The notes below the pieces were generated by a model, which worked only from the letters and a program-made list of their open reading frames with translations, searched no databases and had not been told where the DNA came from. From contig JAVBPT010000028.1 of the NCBI GenBank assembly GCA_031549455.1, forward strand, positions 3,850 through 67,849: 64,000 bases of DNA, in the 5' to 3' direction. The DNA is from Eubacteriales bacterium (lineage in GTDB: Bacteria > Bacillota > Clostridia > Lachnospirales > JAKSVV01). Made by a program: the position numbers and the translations under genes. Positions 37,428 to 47,312 of this stretch are shown here, one piece after another. The first letter of the stretch is position 1, and each line of letters starts with the position of its first letter.

Positions 37428-39269
37428 ATGCAAAAAGGTAAACTTTCCATTCATAGTGAAAATATATTTCCGATTATTAAAAAGTGGCTATATTCAGATA
37501 TGGACATTTTCGTGCGTGAACTTGTCTCCAATGCTACGGATGCGATTACAAAACTCGAGAAACTACGCATACTAGGAGAAGCGCAGAAAAATGATGAGGA
37601 ATATTGTATTCAAATTGAGATTGATAAGGAGCAAAGAACCATCTCTTTTACGGACAACGGAATTGGTATGACCGAAGAAGAGATTGATAAGTATATTAAT
37701 CAGATTGCTTTTTCCGGAGCCGCTGAGTTTCTTGAAAAGTACTCAAAAAAAGAATCCGATGATGCAATTATCGGACATTTTGGACTTGGCTTTTATTCTT
37801 GTTTTATGGTAAGTGAATCTGTCACAATCGATACACTTTCTTATCAAGAAGGGGCAAAAGCTGTTCAATGGAGCTGCGCTGGTGATACTGATTACACCAC
37901 CCAAGATTCTGATAGAAAAAAAACCGGGACCACAATTACACTTCATATTAACGAAGAGGGAAAAAAGTTCTTAGAGATCTATGAACTTAATAATGTGGTC
38001 AGAAATTATTGTAGTTACATGCCTTATAAAATTGTTGTAAAAGAAAAGGGAAGCACACTAGAAGAAAAACCCGTGAACGAAAAAGAACCGCTATGGATTA
38101 AGAACCCAAAGGACTGCACAGATGAAGAATACAAAGAGTTCTACCATGCAAACTTTATGGACCTTAAGGACCCGCTATTCTGGATTCATTTAAATATGGA
38201 TTTTCCGGTTAAACTTCAAGGCATCCTATATTTTCCGAACTTTTCACATGAGTACGAACTAAACGAGGGAGAAGTGAAACTTTTCTCAAACCGTGTCTAT
38301 GTTGCAGATAACATTAAAGAAGTGATTCCCGAATTTTTACTCTTACTAAAAGGGATGATTGATTGCCCAGAGCTTCCGCTTAATGTTTCTCGAAGTTTCT
38401 TACAAACCGATGAATATGTAACCAAAATTTCAAAATACATTGTGAAAAAAGTAAGCGATAAGCTTGTGTCCCTACACAATACAAACCTAACGGAATATCA
38501 AACCATTTGGGAAAGCCTTGGTTCCTTCATCAAATACTCCTGCTTAAGAGATGAAAACTTTTATGAGAAGGTAAAAGATATATTGCTTGCTAAAACCATT
38601 CAGGGAGAATGGACCCCAATTGTGGATTATGCAAACACGCTCGAGAGTGCCGAATACCAAAAGACGATCTACTATGCCACAAATCCGGAAAAGGAATCAA
38701 CCTATATCAAACTCTTCAAAGAATCTGGCCAAAATGCACTTATCCTCAATTCAAACTTTGATACACACTTTATTGCTTTCCTAGAAATGAAAATGCCAAA
38801 TCTAAAGTTTGCCAGGATTGATTCAAATATAAATGTGGTTGTCAAGAAAGAAGGAATAGACGAAGATACACTCAAGAAATTTTCCACAACCCTAAAAGAG
38901 ATTTTTACAAAGTTTGTTCCAACCATAAAAGACTTGGACGTACGAGCCGAGAATTTTAACTCTACCGATGTGACCGGCATGCTCCTGATCTCAGAAAATG
39001 GTAGAAGAATGCAAGAAATGTTCAAAATGTATGGCAAAACAAATCCATTTATGAATGCACCTATTGAAAAAACGTTGGCGCTAAACACAAACAACGATCT
39101 TGTAAAATATATCCTGGACAATAAAGATAAATTGGAGGAAAACAAACTCAATATGCTTTGTAACCAAATTTATGATATTGCAAGATTAACCAATGAGGGA
39201 CTTTCCGAAGAGGATATGGATTCATTTATTAAACGAAATAATACATTGCTGAGTATAATGATTAAATAA
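37428..39269 (+). CDS. htpG: Molecular chaperone HtpG (Hsp90)
   Basis: GHKL ATPase N-terminus FVRELVSNATDAITKL and DNGIGMT; 613 aa. Confidence 0.93.
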   Translation: MQKGKLSIHSENIFPIIKKWLYSDMDIFVRELVSNATDAITKLEKLRILGEAQKNDEEYCIQIEIDKEQRTISFTDNGIGMTEEEIDKYINQIAFSGAAEFLEKYSKKESDDAIIGHFGLGFYSCFMVSESVTIDTLSYQEGAKAVQWSCAGDTDYTTQDSDRKKTGTTITLHINEEGKKFLEIYELNNVVRNYCSYMPYKIVVKEKGSTLEEKPVNEKEPLWIKNPKDCTDEEYKEFYHANFMDLKDPLFWIHLNMDFPVKLQGILYFPNFSHEYELNEGEVKLFSNRVYVADNIKEVIPEFLLLLKGMIDCPELPLNVSRSFLQTDEYVTKISKYIVKKVSDKLVSLHNTNLTEYQTIWESLGSFIKYSCLRDENFYEKVKDILLAKTIQGEWTPIVDYANTLESAEYQKTIYYATNPEKESTYIKLFKESGQNALILNSNFDTHFIAFLEMKMPNLKFARIDSNINVVVKKEGIDEDTLKKFSTTLKEIFTKFVPTIKDLDVRAENFNSTDVTGMLLISENGRRMQEMFKMYGKTNPFMNAPIEKTLALNTNNDLVKYILDNKDKLEENKLNMLCNQIYDIARLTNEGLSEEDMDSFIKRNNTLLSIMIK

Positions 39270-39276
39270 AGTAAGA

Positions 39277-39306
39277 CCTATGCGCCAGAAGCCATAGGCC
39301 TTTTTT
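39277..39306. terminator. Terminator between the convergent htpG and spoIIE genes
   Basis: CCTATG (39277-39282) pairs with CATAGG (39293-39298), followed by CCTTTTTT on the plus strand. Confidence 0.6.
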
Positions 39307-39309
39307 AAT

Positions 39310-41634
39310 CTACTTAACTTTTACCGCCAAAATTGTCATATCGTCTTTAATGAAGTTATATTTTAAAATCTTATCTGATAAAATATCCACCACATCTTGT
39401 ATTTCACGCTCATCCATTCGGATGGATTCAATCATGGAACAGAAGTATTCCTCCTTCTTATCTGCACTATTAATGTTGTCAATTGCACCATCTGTAATCA
39501 TAATAATGGTATCATCCTTTTTTAACATTCCGTCCATTACCTTGGTCTCAATGTTGTCAAGAATGCCAACCGGCAGATTCTCAGAACGTACAATATTCAC
39601 TCCATCATTTCTCTTAATAAATGTCATTACGCTACCATTCTTAATAAATTTTGAAAATCCTGTATATAGGTCAATGATACAAGTGTCCAGCGTCGTAAAG
39701 AATTCTTTATTATTGCTGATTAAGACACTATTAATAATATCCACCACAAATTCTTCTCTAAAGTTTGAAGCTGTTAAATATTCTAATAACTCAAGTGCAA
39801 GCTTGCTCTCTCTCTTCGCATTTTCCCCCATGCCCATTCCGTCTGAAACCGCAACAAGAGCCTGTCCGTTTGGAAAGTTCATCACACAGTAGCTGTCTCC
39901 GCATACACTATTATCCTTCGCAATCTGATAGATTCCGTACTCAAGTGTATACTTCTCCTTCTCTACAATCTTAAACCGTATTTGATCCCGTGTTTCACTA
40001 CTGTATGCAACTTTAGCCAACTTACCAGTCGCACGCGAACAGATTTCTAAAATTCGCTTTAAGTTCTCCTCATCTTTTCTATGAATGACCATGTCAATTT
40101 CATATCGTTCCTGCTCATTTGAAATAACGACAATATCCTCAAGGTAAATATCTAATCTTTCCAACTCTTCCTTTATCTGATCCTCAATATGCGTCCTAAA
40201 TATTTTGTAAGTCAGAATATCATCTGAGAGTTTGTCGATAATCTCCCCCGTTTCAAAAAGATACTTCGAGAACATTTGCTTTGCCTTTTGCATTTTATTT
40301 TCAAGATATCTACTTTCCTCCAGCTTTCTACTCTCATCATAAATTTCTTGATAAATCCGCTCGCTGTTCTTACAAATTTCTCCAAATTTCGCTTCCTCTT
40401 TATACTCCGCTTCCTCCTGAACTACATTAAAAATCTCCAGAATGGACTTATAGGTACTGTAGAAGTTTTCCTCCCAACATTTCTCTTTCTGATCACAACC
40501 ATCGCAAATATTTCTGATTGTATTATCGATGAGATTTTTGTTCTCATCTTTTGCCTTATCCTGTTCGCCTAGCTTTTCAAATATTTTAGAGATATATTTA
40601 AACTTAGAACTATAATCCAGAAGCCTTGTGCTAATTCGTTCTTTTACCTTGATGTAGTACTCCTTTCGCCTGATTTTAATACTTTCCTCATACATTCTCT
40701 CAAGAGTCTCAAACACCCTTTCCGGTATCAAAATGAAGAAAATTTGTGCCGCCAGAATGGTGCTGATAAAGTTAAGTGAGGTGAATATACTATCCGAATA
40801 CAATGCATTCACCAATAAGACAAAAATGGTGAATATAAAAGAATACATCAGCTTATTTACCTTTTTAAATAATCCCATAATAATTCCAATAAGAGATAAA
40901 ATGGACATGTTAATATGATATCCCTCTCCAATGAGTAACGTTATCGAAAAAATGGTCCCAGACAATCCCCCAACAATGCTTCCGCCCGCTCTCGTTAACA
41001 CCTGAATTAAAAGAAAGATGAGTATTTCTTGTAGATAAACGCCATAGATATAAATATCTTGCATTCCGATTAAACAGGCCACCGCAAGGAAAGAGCAGCT
41101 CACCACAACCTCTGTGCTTAAGTAGGTGAGGTTTCGTACATTCAGCATATACTTCATTGCTTTATTTAAAATAATGGAGGAGGTAAAAATCAATAAAAAT
41201 TGTACAACAGCAATCCCAAATGTTATGAGTGATCCATTTAAAAACAGAAAGTCAATGATTATGCTAATGGCCAAAAACAAGGATGCATATTTTAGTGTAA
41301 CATAAAAAATGGGCTTTTCTTTTTGTTCCTTACCACCAATATGAGTCGTAACCAGAATAAGAAAAAACAATTTAAGTAGAATGTCATACTTTCCTGCACT
41401 AACCACACCCAGGAGAAGAATTACATCCAAAATGACTGTTCGTATTTTATTTTTAGAGCAAATAATAAGATAGGGAACTGAAAAAATCACAAAACCAGAT
41501 GCAAAATTGATCCTGCTAATAAAAAATCCAAGAACAGAAAATAAAATAATTTTAGAATTTAACATTTTATATTTTAAGCTTAACTGCTCAATAATCTTAT
41601 TCATTCTTAATCGTTCTTCCATAATAGCCTCCAA
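39310..41634 (-). CDS. spoIIE: Stage II sporulation protein E (PP2C phosphatase with multi-TM N-terminus)
   Basis: About 10 N-terminal TM helices and a C-terminal PP2C domain (VAVSDGMGMGENA ... MITDG); 774 aa. Confidence 0.88.
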   Translation of the reverse strand: MEAIMEERLRMNKIIEQLSLKYKMLNSKIILFSVLGFFISRINFASGFVIFSVPYLIICSKNKIRTVILDVILLLGVVSAGKYDILLKLFFLILVTTHIGGKEQKEKPIFYVTLKYASLFLAISIIIDFLFLNGSLITFGIAVVQFLLIFTSSIILNKAMKYMLNVRNLTYLSTEVVVSCSFLAVACLIGMQDIYIYGVYLQEILIFLLIQVLTRAGGSIVGGLSGTIFSITLLIGEGYHINMSILSLIGIIMGLFKKVNKLMYSFIFTIFVLLVNALYSDSIFTSLNFISTILAAQIFFILIPERVFETLERMYEESIKIRRKEYYIKVKERISTRLLDYSSKFKYISKIFEKLGEQDKAKDENKNLIDNTIRNICDGCDQKEKCWEENFYSTYKSILEIFNVVQEEAEYKEEAKFGEICKNSERIYQEIYDESRKLEESRYLENKMQKAKQMFSKYLFETGEIIDKLSDDILTYKIFRTHIEDQIKEELERLDIYLEDIVVISNEQERYEIDMVIHRKDEENLKRILEICSRATGKLAKVAYSSETRDQIRFKIVEKEKYTLEYGIYQIAKDNSVCGDSYCVMNFPNGQALVAVSDGMGMGENAKRESKLALELLEYLTASNFREEFVVDIINSVLISNNKEFFTTLDTCIIDLYTGFSKFIKNGSVMTFIKRNDGVNIVRSENLPVGILDNIETKVMDGMLKKDDTIIMITDGAIDNINSADKKEEYFCSMIESIRMDEREIQDVVDILSDKILKYNFIKDDMTILAVKVK

Positions 41635-41719
41635 AAGTTATCCTTACTATAACTTTTTAGATTCTATTTTCTTGGCAGAATTTGTCGTCTAAACCCCAAA
41701 ATAGTTTGACTTTATTCAA

Positions 41720-41743
41720 CAAAAAAATGAAACAAAGTTTCAT
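41720..41743 (-). terminator. Rho-independent terminator after the divIC-like gene
   Basis: Minus strand: ATGAAAC-TTT-GTTTCAT followed by TTTTTTTG. The stem starts within the stop codon. Confidence 0.6.
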
Positions 41744-42069
41744 TTTTCCTCAATCATAAATACAATATCATTTGGCATCACAAGATCCGCTTCCTCTCTT
41801 GCGATTTTTTCCATATATTCATCTGTATTATAATAAATCATTTGTGCCTTTTTTAAATTAAGTTCTCTTTTCTTTATACTCAAATCATCCTTTAGCTTCT
41901 CAACCTCTTTATCATATCTCTTATTTACTTCCGAAAGTCTTGCATAGGCCAAGCTAAACCAAGAAAAAAGTGCTACAACAATTATGGCTTGAAACAACAG
42001 CATTCTATTTCTATTCCTGCGTTTCTTGCTTTTTTTAATCCTCTCATCCGTTTTCATAACACACCACAT
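41740..42069 (-). CDS. divIC: Septum formation initiator (FtsB/DivIC family)
   Basis: Single TM helix followed by a coiled coil. It sits after yabP-yabQ, as in Bacillus. Confidence 0.7.
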   Translation of the reverse strand: MWCVMKTDERIKKSKKRRNRNRMLLFQAIIVVALFSWFSLAYARLSEVNKRYDKEVEKLKDDLSIKKRELNLKKAQMIYYNTDEYMEKIAREEADLVMPNDIVFMIEEK

Positions 42070-42081
42070 CTTAGTACAATA

Positions 42082-42675
42082 CTAACACTTTTTTTTAAAT
42101 TGTAAAGACTTTTCCTTCATTTTGGCTCTGTCTTTTCTTTTAAATTCTCTCTTTGCCAGCTGTTTTTCCCTCTTTCCCTCTTTTTGCTTTTCTTTCTTTT
42201 CCTTTTTTCGCCTTAACTTTTCATGCTTTTGTTTTTTTCTGTCCTTCCTCTTTGCCTGTTTTTTTCGTTTATTCTCTTTAGCTTTATCAAACAGCTTTTC
42301 AAACATTTTTCGGACGAAGTTGAAAGAAATTCTAATATACTTATAGACAAAGTCGAAAGTTCCTATGATTGTATCTAGTATTACCGTGTGGATAGGGCGG
42401 AGGACTTTTGTGATGAAGGTAAAGTTAATCATGACACCACATAATGTGCCAAAAAGAATATGTATTCTGATTTGCCCCTGGTTTGTATAGATGATATAAA
42501 CCAGAAAAGTAATTGTGACAAGAATCCAAAACATGAGATCCTCGATTGCTTCAATTAGCTTAAAATGTTTAATTTTCTCTCTGATAATAATAAAGGCATC
42601 ATATATGATTGCATATATTAAGCCCAATATTACGGATATTAAGAAAATGGCAAGCTCACCCTGTATGATATGCAT
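42082..42675 (-). CDS. yabQ: Spore cortex biosynthesis protein YabQ, with long K/R/E-rich C-terminal tail
   Basis: N-terminal TM helices, and a position immediately after yabP. The last 65 aa or so are almost entirely K/R/E/Q. Confidence 0.65.
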   Translation of the reverse strand: MHIIQGELAIFLISVILGLIYAIIYDAFIIIREKIKHFKLIEAIEDLMFWILVTITFLVYIIYTNQGQIRIHILFGTLCGVMINFTFITKVLRPIHTVILDTIIGTFDFVYKYIRISFNFVRKMFEKLFDKAKENKRKKQAKRKDRKKQKHEKLRRKKEKKEKQKEGKREKQLAKREFKRKDRAKMKEKSLQFKKKC

Positions 42676-42677
42676 AC

Positions 42678-42968
42678 TTATTTAAACAACTTTTGTAGGA
42701 GAGACGTTCTTCCAACATGATGGTTATCAGAATACAACAAACCATCTATGCTACCATTTACACTAAGCTCACCCATTTCAAGGTTCAACTTATCAATATG
42801 AAGTTCACTTCCCTTAATTGTCAAAACTCCTTTTTCTGTATCTGCTACAATACTAGAATCGTCAAAGTTAAAAACCTCTTTTACTCCGCTTGCATTCAAT
42901 CTATTTCTGCTCGAAAGTTCAAGTCCGTGATCTGCATCGGTATGTGCTTTCTTTTCACTTAAAATCAT
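42678..42968 (-). CDS. yabP: Sporulation protein YabP
   Basis: YabP-like LTIKGSELHIDKLNLEMGELSVNGSIDGLLY. Start placed at ATG 42968 (GGAGG SD, which contains the track's first ATG). Confidence 0.8.
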   Translation of the reverse strand: MILSEKKAHTDADHGLELSSRNRLNASGVKEVFNFDDSSIVADTEKGVLTIKGSELHIDKLNLEMGELSVNGSIDGLLYSDNHHVGRTSLLQKLFK

Positions 42969-43052
42969 AAATACCTCCATTTTTTTGTTCTGCTATAAAT
43001 ATATTTAAGCAGTCTTCAAAAAATGCACAAACTCCAAAAATAAATAAGTGCT

Positions 43053-44822
43053 TTAATTTTCGCGTTTTGAAATCATGTTATAGTATTTACCCCTTAATTT
43101 CATAAGTTCATCATGTTTCCCTGTTTCGCTAATTTTTCCATTATCAACCACTATAATAAGGTCTGCATTCTTAATTGTAGAAAGTCTGTGTGCCACAATA
43201 AAAGATGTTCTTCCATAGATTAGTTTTTCTATCCCTTGCTGTATCAATTTCTCTGTATAGGTATCAATGCTTGCCGTGGCCTCATCCAAGATTAGAATCT
43301 TCGGATTTGCAATAAGGGTTCTTGCGAAAGCGATGAGTTGCCTTTGGCCCATTGATAAATTATTACCACCTTCTATTAGTTCTGTGTCATATCCCTTTTC
43401 TTGCCTCATGATAAAATCATGGGCACAAACGGCTTTAGCCACTTCCTCGATCTCCTGATCCGTGGCATCCAGCCTACCATAACGAATGTTTTCTCTTATA
43501 GTAGCAGAAAACAAAAATACATCCTGCGTCATTACTCCGATTTGTTTTCTGAGTGACTCTAACTTTATGTTTCGAACATCAATCCCATCAATCTTAACTG
43601 ACCCGGCACTTACATCGTAATGCCTATCGATAAGCGCCGTGATAGTGGTTTTCCCTGAGCCAGTAGGACCAACTAATGCCACGGTCATTCCCGGATCAAT
43701 ATCAAAATGGATATCTTTTAAAACCTCTTTATCGTTGGTATAACCAAACGTTACGCCCTGAAATGAAACCCGTCCTTTTATATCATTATACTCCATCGCA
43801 TTCACGTTGTCTTGAATGCTTGAATCCACATCCATCAGTTCAAAAATTCTTTCTGCATTTGAAAGATTGGTAATGAGAATGTTGTAGAAATTGCTGATTT
43901 GCATCACAGGTTGCCAAAACATACCAATATAGCTTGTGAAGGCGACAAGCGCTCCAATCGTAATCTCATTGGTCTTTAAAAGGTTTAAGCCCACCAGAAA
44001 GACCACAACAACGCCTATTCCCCAGGACATCTCGACCACCGGCCAGAAAAAGTCATCTATCTTAACTGCATTTACATAACTGTTTTCATACTCTTCTCCG
44101 AGTGAATGAAATATCTTCTCAGTCTTATTCTCCGCATTATAGTTTTTGACCACTCTGATCCCTGCAAAGTTTTCAAATATAAAGGCATTCAAATTGGCGG
44201 ATTTAATTCGATTAATCTGCCACCTTCTATGAGAAGCGATCTGAATAAAAGCGATCACCGCAATTAGTGCAGGAAGCATAATCATAGCCGATAGTGCAAG
44301 TTTATAATTAATCACGACCATCATCACCGCAACGCCAATCATCTTAATCAAATTTGGAATAACCGAAGACATGCTTTCCGAAAACAATTTCCTAGTCTTA
44401 TTAATGTCTCCCATCAGTCTCGATAGAATCTTTCCGACCGACCTTTTGTCATAGAACTCAAAAGAGAGTGTCGAAAGGTGCGTGTACAACTCATTTCGTA
44501 TATTAATCATTGCCTTACCCGCAAGCGGAATCGTCATTCTCTTTCTTAGCTGCATGCAAAAATAAGAGATCAAATTAATCAGAATTAGAAAAATCCCCAC
44601 TTTGATGAGCCCATCGACATCATGATTTATAATATCATTATCGATCACGATCTTCATCACATACGGTACAACAAGCTCAATAACCATGCCCACCGTTCCA
44701 AGTAGGATGATCGTCACAACAGCGGACTGGTAAGCAAGCAAATAACGGAATAACCTACCAATTAGCTTAAAGTTCACTTTTTCCGCCTTAAATTCATCTT
44801 TTACAAAACTCCCTGATTGCAT
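43053..44822 (-). CDS. ABC exporter, fused permease/ATPase (heterodimer partner 2)
   Basis: Walker A GPTGSGKTT, signature LSMGQRQ, Walker B ILILDEATAS. Start placed at ATG 44822 (GGAGAGGGGAAAGA SD), 16 nt after the upstream stop. Confidence 0.88.
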   Translation of the reverse strand: MQSGSFVKDEFKAEKVNFKLIGRLFRYLLAYQSAVVTIILLGTVGMVIELVVPYVMKIVIDNDIINHDVDGLIKVGIFLILINLISYFCMQLRKRMTIPLAGKAMINIRNELYTHLSTLSFEFYDKRSVGKILSRLMGDINKTRKLFSESMSSVIPNLIKMIGVAVMMVVINYKLALSAMIMLPALIAVIAFIQIASHRRWQINRIKSANLNAFIFENFAGIRVVKNYNAENKTEKIFHSLGEEYENSYVNAVKIDDFFWPVVEMSWGIGVVVVFLVGLNLLKTNEITIGALVAFTSYIGMFWQPVMQISNFYNILITNLSNAERIFELMDVDSSIQDNVNAMEYNDIKGRVSFQGVTFGYTNDKEVLKDIHFDIDPGMTVALVGPTGSGKTTITALIDRHYDVSAGSVKIDGIDVRNIKLESLRKQIGVMTQDVFLFSATIRENIRYGRLDATDQEIEEVAKAVCAHDFIMRQEKGYDTELIEGGNNLSMGQRQLIAFARTLIANPKILILDEATASIDTYTEKLIQQGIEKLIYGRTSFIVAHRLSTIKNADLIIVVDNGKISETGKHDELMKLRGKYYNMISKREN

Positions 44823-44838
44823 TCTTTCCCCTCTCCGG

Positions 44839-46557
44839 CTACATTGATTCTTCCATGATATTTTCGTTCTGTTGCCTGTCGATCTCTGCGTACATCCCAT
44901 CCAAAGATAGAAGCTCTTGATGTGTTCCCTGCTCAATCACCTCGCCCTGATTAAGCAATAAAATCTTGGTAGCCTTACGCACTGCAGAAATTCTATGTGC
45001 CACAATAATTTTTATCTGTTCTTGCCTTTCTCTTAGACTTTTGTGTATTTCCTCTTCCGTGTTGGTATCCAACGCCGATGTCACATCATCCAAAATCAGA
45101 ATTTTAGAAGGTTTGACCAAGGCCCTTGCAATACTGACACGTTGTTTTTGTCCGCCCGAAAGGCCAAGGCCCCTTTCTCCGATTACCGTATTTTCCTTTT
45201 GCGGCAATTCGTGCAGGAATTCGGTTACTCTCGATTCTTCCATTACATCCTCCAGCTTTTCCTGCTTCATTTCTCCCTGAATTCCCAATGCAATATTATC
45301 TTTGATGCTTGCTGAGAATAAGAAAGTGTTTTGCATGGTCACCGAGATAAGCTCCCTCAATTTCCGTGTATCTAACTTCTGAATATCCACCCCATTGATT
45401 AAAATTTTTCCACTGGTCGGTTTATAGTTTTTGCAAAGCAGGTTTACAATTGTGGTCTTCCCTGCCCCAGATGTGCCCATCAATGCTAGTGTATCTCCTT
45501 TTTTAATCTCAAAACAGATATTTCTCAAGATATATTTGTCATGGATCTTGTAATCCACATGATCAAAAACAATCCGTACATCTTCCCCATATACTTCACT
45601 CTCACCCGTTTCTTCAAAATGTTCCTCCACAATCTTAGAAAGCTTATCAATTGAAACCTTGGCAATCGCCGTAAGAGACATAAGCCAACCCAACATCCTC
45701 ATCGGCCATATGATCATATATACATACTGAACGCTTGCCACAAGATCTCCTATTGTGATATTTTCACGAATTACCAAGAAACCACCATATAGAATGGTTG
45801 AAACAACCGTTAGGTTCGAAAGAAATTCTATAAGCGGCTCATATTTCCCTTCCACTCGGGCCGATTTAAGATAAATCTTATATAGTTTTTTATTCTCTCG
45901 TTTCATTTTTTTAATCTCATGTTTTTCCCTTGCAAGAGACTTGACGACTCGGATCCCCACCAAATTTTCCTGTGCCACAATATTTAGGCTTGCCTTTTGA
46001 TCACTAAATTGATCCTCTATTTCAAAGTCATCCTTTTCATATTTTATAGCAATGTACATAATTAGTGGGGCAATTAAAACCGTCACCAACATAAGTTTAT
46101 AATGAATCATGGCTAACACAATGATCGCAAAAACAAAGTTGATCAATTGTTCAATGGTAAGCATTGCAGAAAAAGTGGCCACCTCTTGTATGCTTTCAGC
46201 GTCCTCTTTAACCCTTGCAAGAAGCTCTCCTGTGTTCACTTTATCAAAGTAGGTAAATGGCAACTTTTGTAGGTGGATAAATACATCTTCCCTCATATGA
46301 CTCACCACAGAAACACCTGCTTTATCGAGCAACAGATTTTTAATATACCCAAAAACAAATCTCAGAACGGTAATACTAAAAATAGCCACAAGAAGTGGAA
46401 TGAAGATTGAAATCTTTCCCTGGGTAATGACATCATCGATAATAATTTTGGTTAAATAAGGGGTCACAAAATCAGCTGCAATCATAAGAACAAGCAGAAT
46501 GGCCCCCCCAATATAAAATTTCTTTTGTTTCCATATGTATCCTAAAAACCACTTCAT
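44839..46557 (-). CDS. ABC exporter, fused permease/ATPase (heterodimer partner 1)
   Basis: Walker A GTSGAGKTT, signature LSGGQKQR, Walker B ILILDDVTSALD. The track's TTG start at 46578 abuts the -10 box, so I use ATG 46557. Confidence 0.85.
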   Translation of the reverse strand: MKWFLGYIWKQKKFYIGGAILLVLMIAADFVTPYLTKIIIDDVITQGKISIFIPLLVAIFSITVLRFVFGYIKNLLLDKAGVSVVSHMREDVFIHLQKLPFTYFDKVNTGELLARVKEDAESIQEVATFSAMLTIEQLINFVFAIIVLAMIHYKLMLVTVLIAPLIMYIAIKYEKDDFEIEDQFSDQKASLNIVAQENLVGIRVVKSLAREKHEIKKMKRENKKLYKIYLKSARVEGKYEPLIEFLSNLTVVSTILYGGFLVIRENITIGDLVASVQYVYMIIWPMRMLGWLMSLTAIAKVSIDKLSKIVEEHFEETGESEVYGEDVRIVFDHVDYKIHDKYILRNICFEIKKGDTLALMGTSGAGKTTIVNLLCKNYKPTSGKILINGVDIQKLDTRKLRELISVTMQNTFLFSASIKDNIALGIQGEMKQEKLEDVMEESRVTEFLHELPQKENTVIGERGLGLSGGQKQRVSIARALVKPSKILILDDVTSALDTNTEEEIHKSLRERQEQIKIIVAHRISAVRKATKILLLNQGEVIEQGTHQELLSLDGMYAEIDRQQNENIMEESM

Positions 46558-46578
46558 TTTAAAACCTACATTTCGCAA

Positions 46579-46587
46579 ATTATAGCA
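46579..46587 (-). promoter_or_regulatory. Extended -10 promoter element for the ABC exporter pair
   Basis: Minus strand: TGcTATAAT (46587-46579). The -35 is weak. Confidence 0.5.
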
Positions 46588-46623
46588 TAATTTTTTCTTT
46601 TTACCATTACAATTTGGTTACAA

Positions 46624-47265
46624 TCACCTAAAGATCTCGAGTATCTTAAATCCAACTTTCTTCTCTAATTTATTTGTAAGCAGTTTGTCATAGTCCTCTC
46701 TTGGAAGGATTTTTTTGAGATCATTATGATTTGTATCCACAACTGTATATGTTTCATCTGTAAAACACAACGCCGGATACATGATGCACCACCAATTGTG
46801 TCCTTCTCCCCTTCCAAGCACCACTTCTAATGCCTCATACTCCCCTTGAGGAAGTACGATCCCATCGTATTGCTTGATCGGGAATTCCTCTTTCACAAAG
46901 GTTAGTACATCCACTTGATAATCCAATCCCTTTTCTTTAAGCATTCGCTTTGACATTTCCTGTATCTTCTCTTTTTGACTTACCAAGTATTCTTTGGCCT
47001 GCATTTTGTCGTCTATCCTTTCTAAGCCCGGTTGCAACATTTTCAGAATTTCATTTTTAATTTCCGCCTTTATCTTTTGATCCTCTATGCTGTCGCTATT
47101 GGCGATCACATGAAATCTTAAAATATCATTGCTAAGCCGATCCATAAAATCATTTTGATCTTTGATTGCCGGCCTTTTAGTTGTAAATATAATAATTAAA
47201 CTCATAATCAGAAACCCAATAAAGAAAGAGACCAAAATTTGTTTTTTTATATCAAATAAAAACAT
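46624..47265 (-). CDS. spoIIR: Stage II sporulation protein R
   Basis: Signal-anchor followed by the LRFHVIANSDS signature; 213 aa. Confidence 0.88.
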   Translation of the reverse strand: MFLFDIKKQILVSFFIGFLIMSLIIIFTTKRPAIKDQNDFMDRLSNDILRFHVIANSDSIEDQKIKAEIKNEILKMLQPGLERIDDKMQAKEYLVSQKEKIQEMSKRMLKEKGLDYQVDVLTFVKEEFPIKQYDGIVLPQGEYEALEVVLGRGEGHNWWCIMYPALCFTDETYTVVDTNHNDLKKILPREDYDKLLTNKLEKKVGFKILEIFR

Positions 47266-47312
47266 ATGACCACCTCGTTTCTTACTTTGATTATTGACGA
47301 GGTAATCTTTTT

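Noticed and set aside
41660-41680. Possible Spo0A box (TTTGTCGTCTA) upstream of spoIIE
   Set aside because: It matches only 5 of 7 positions of the TGTCGAA consensus, and it is a single copy. That is too weak to call.
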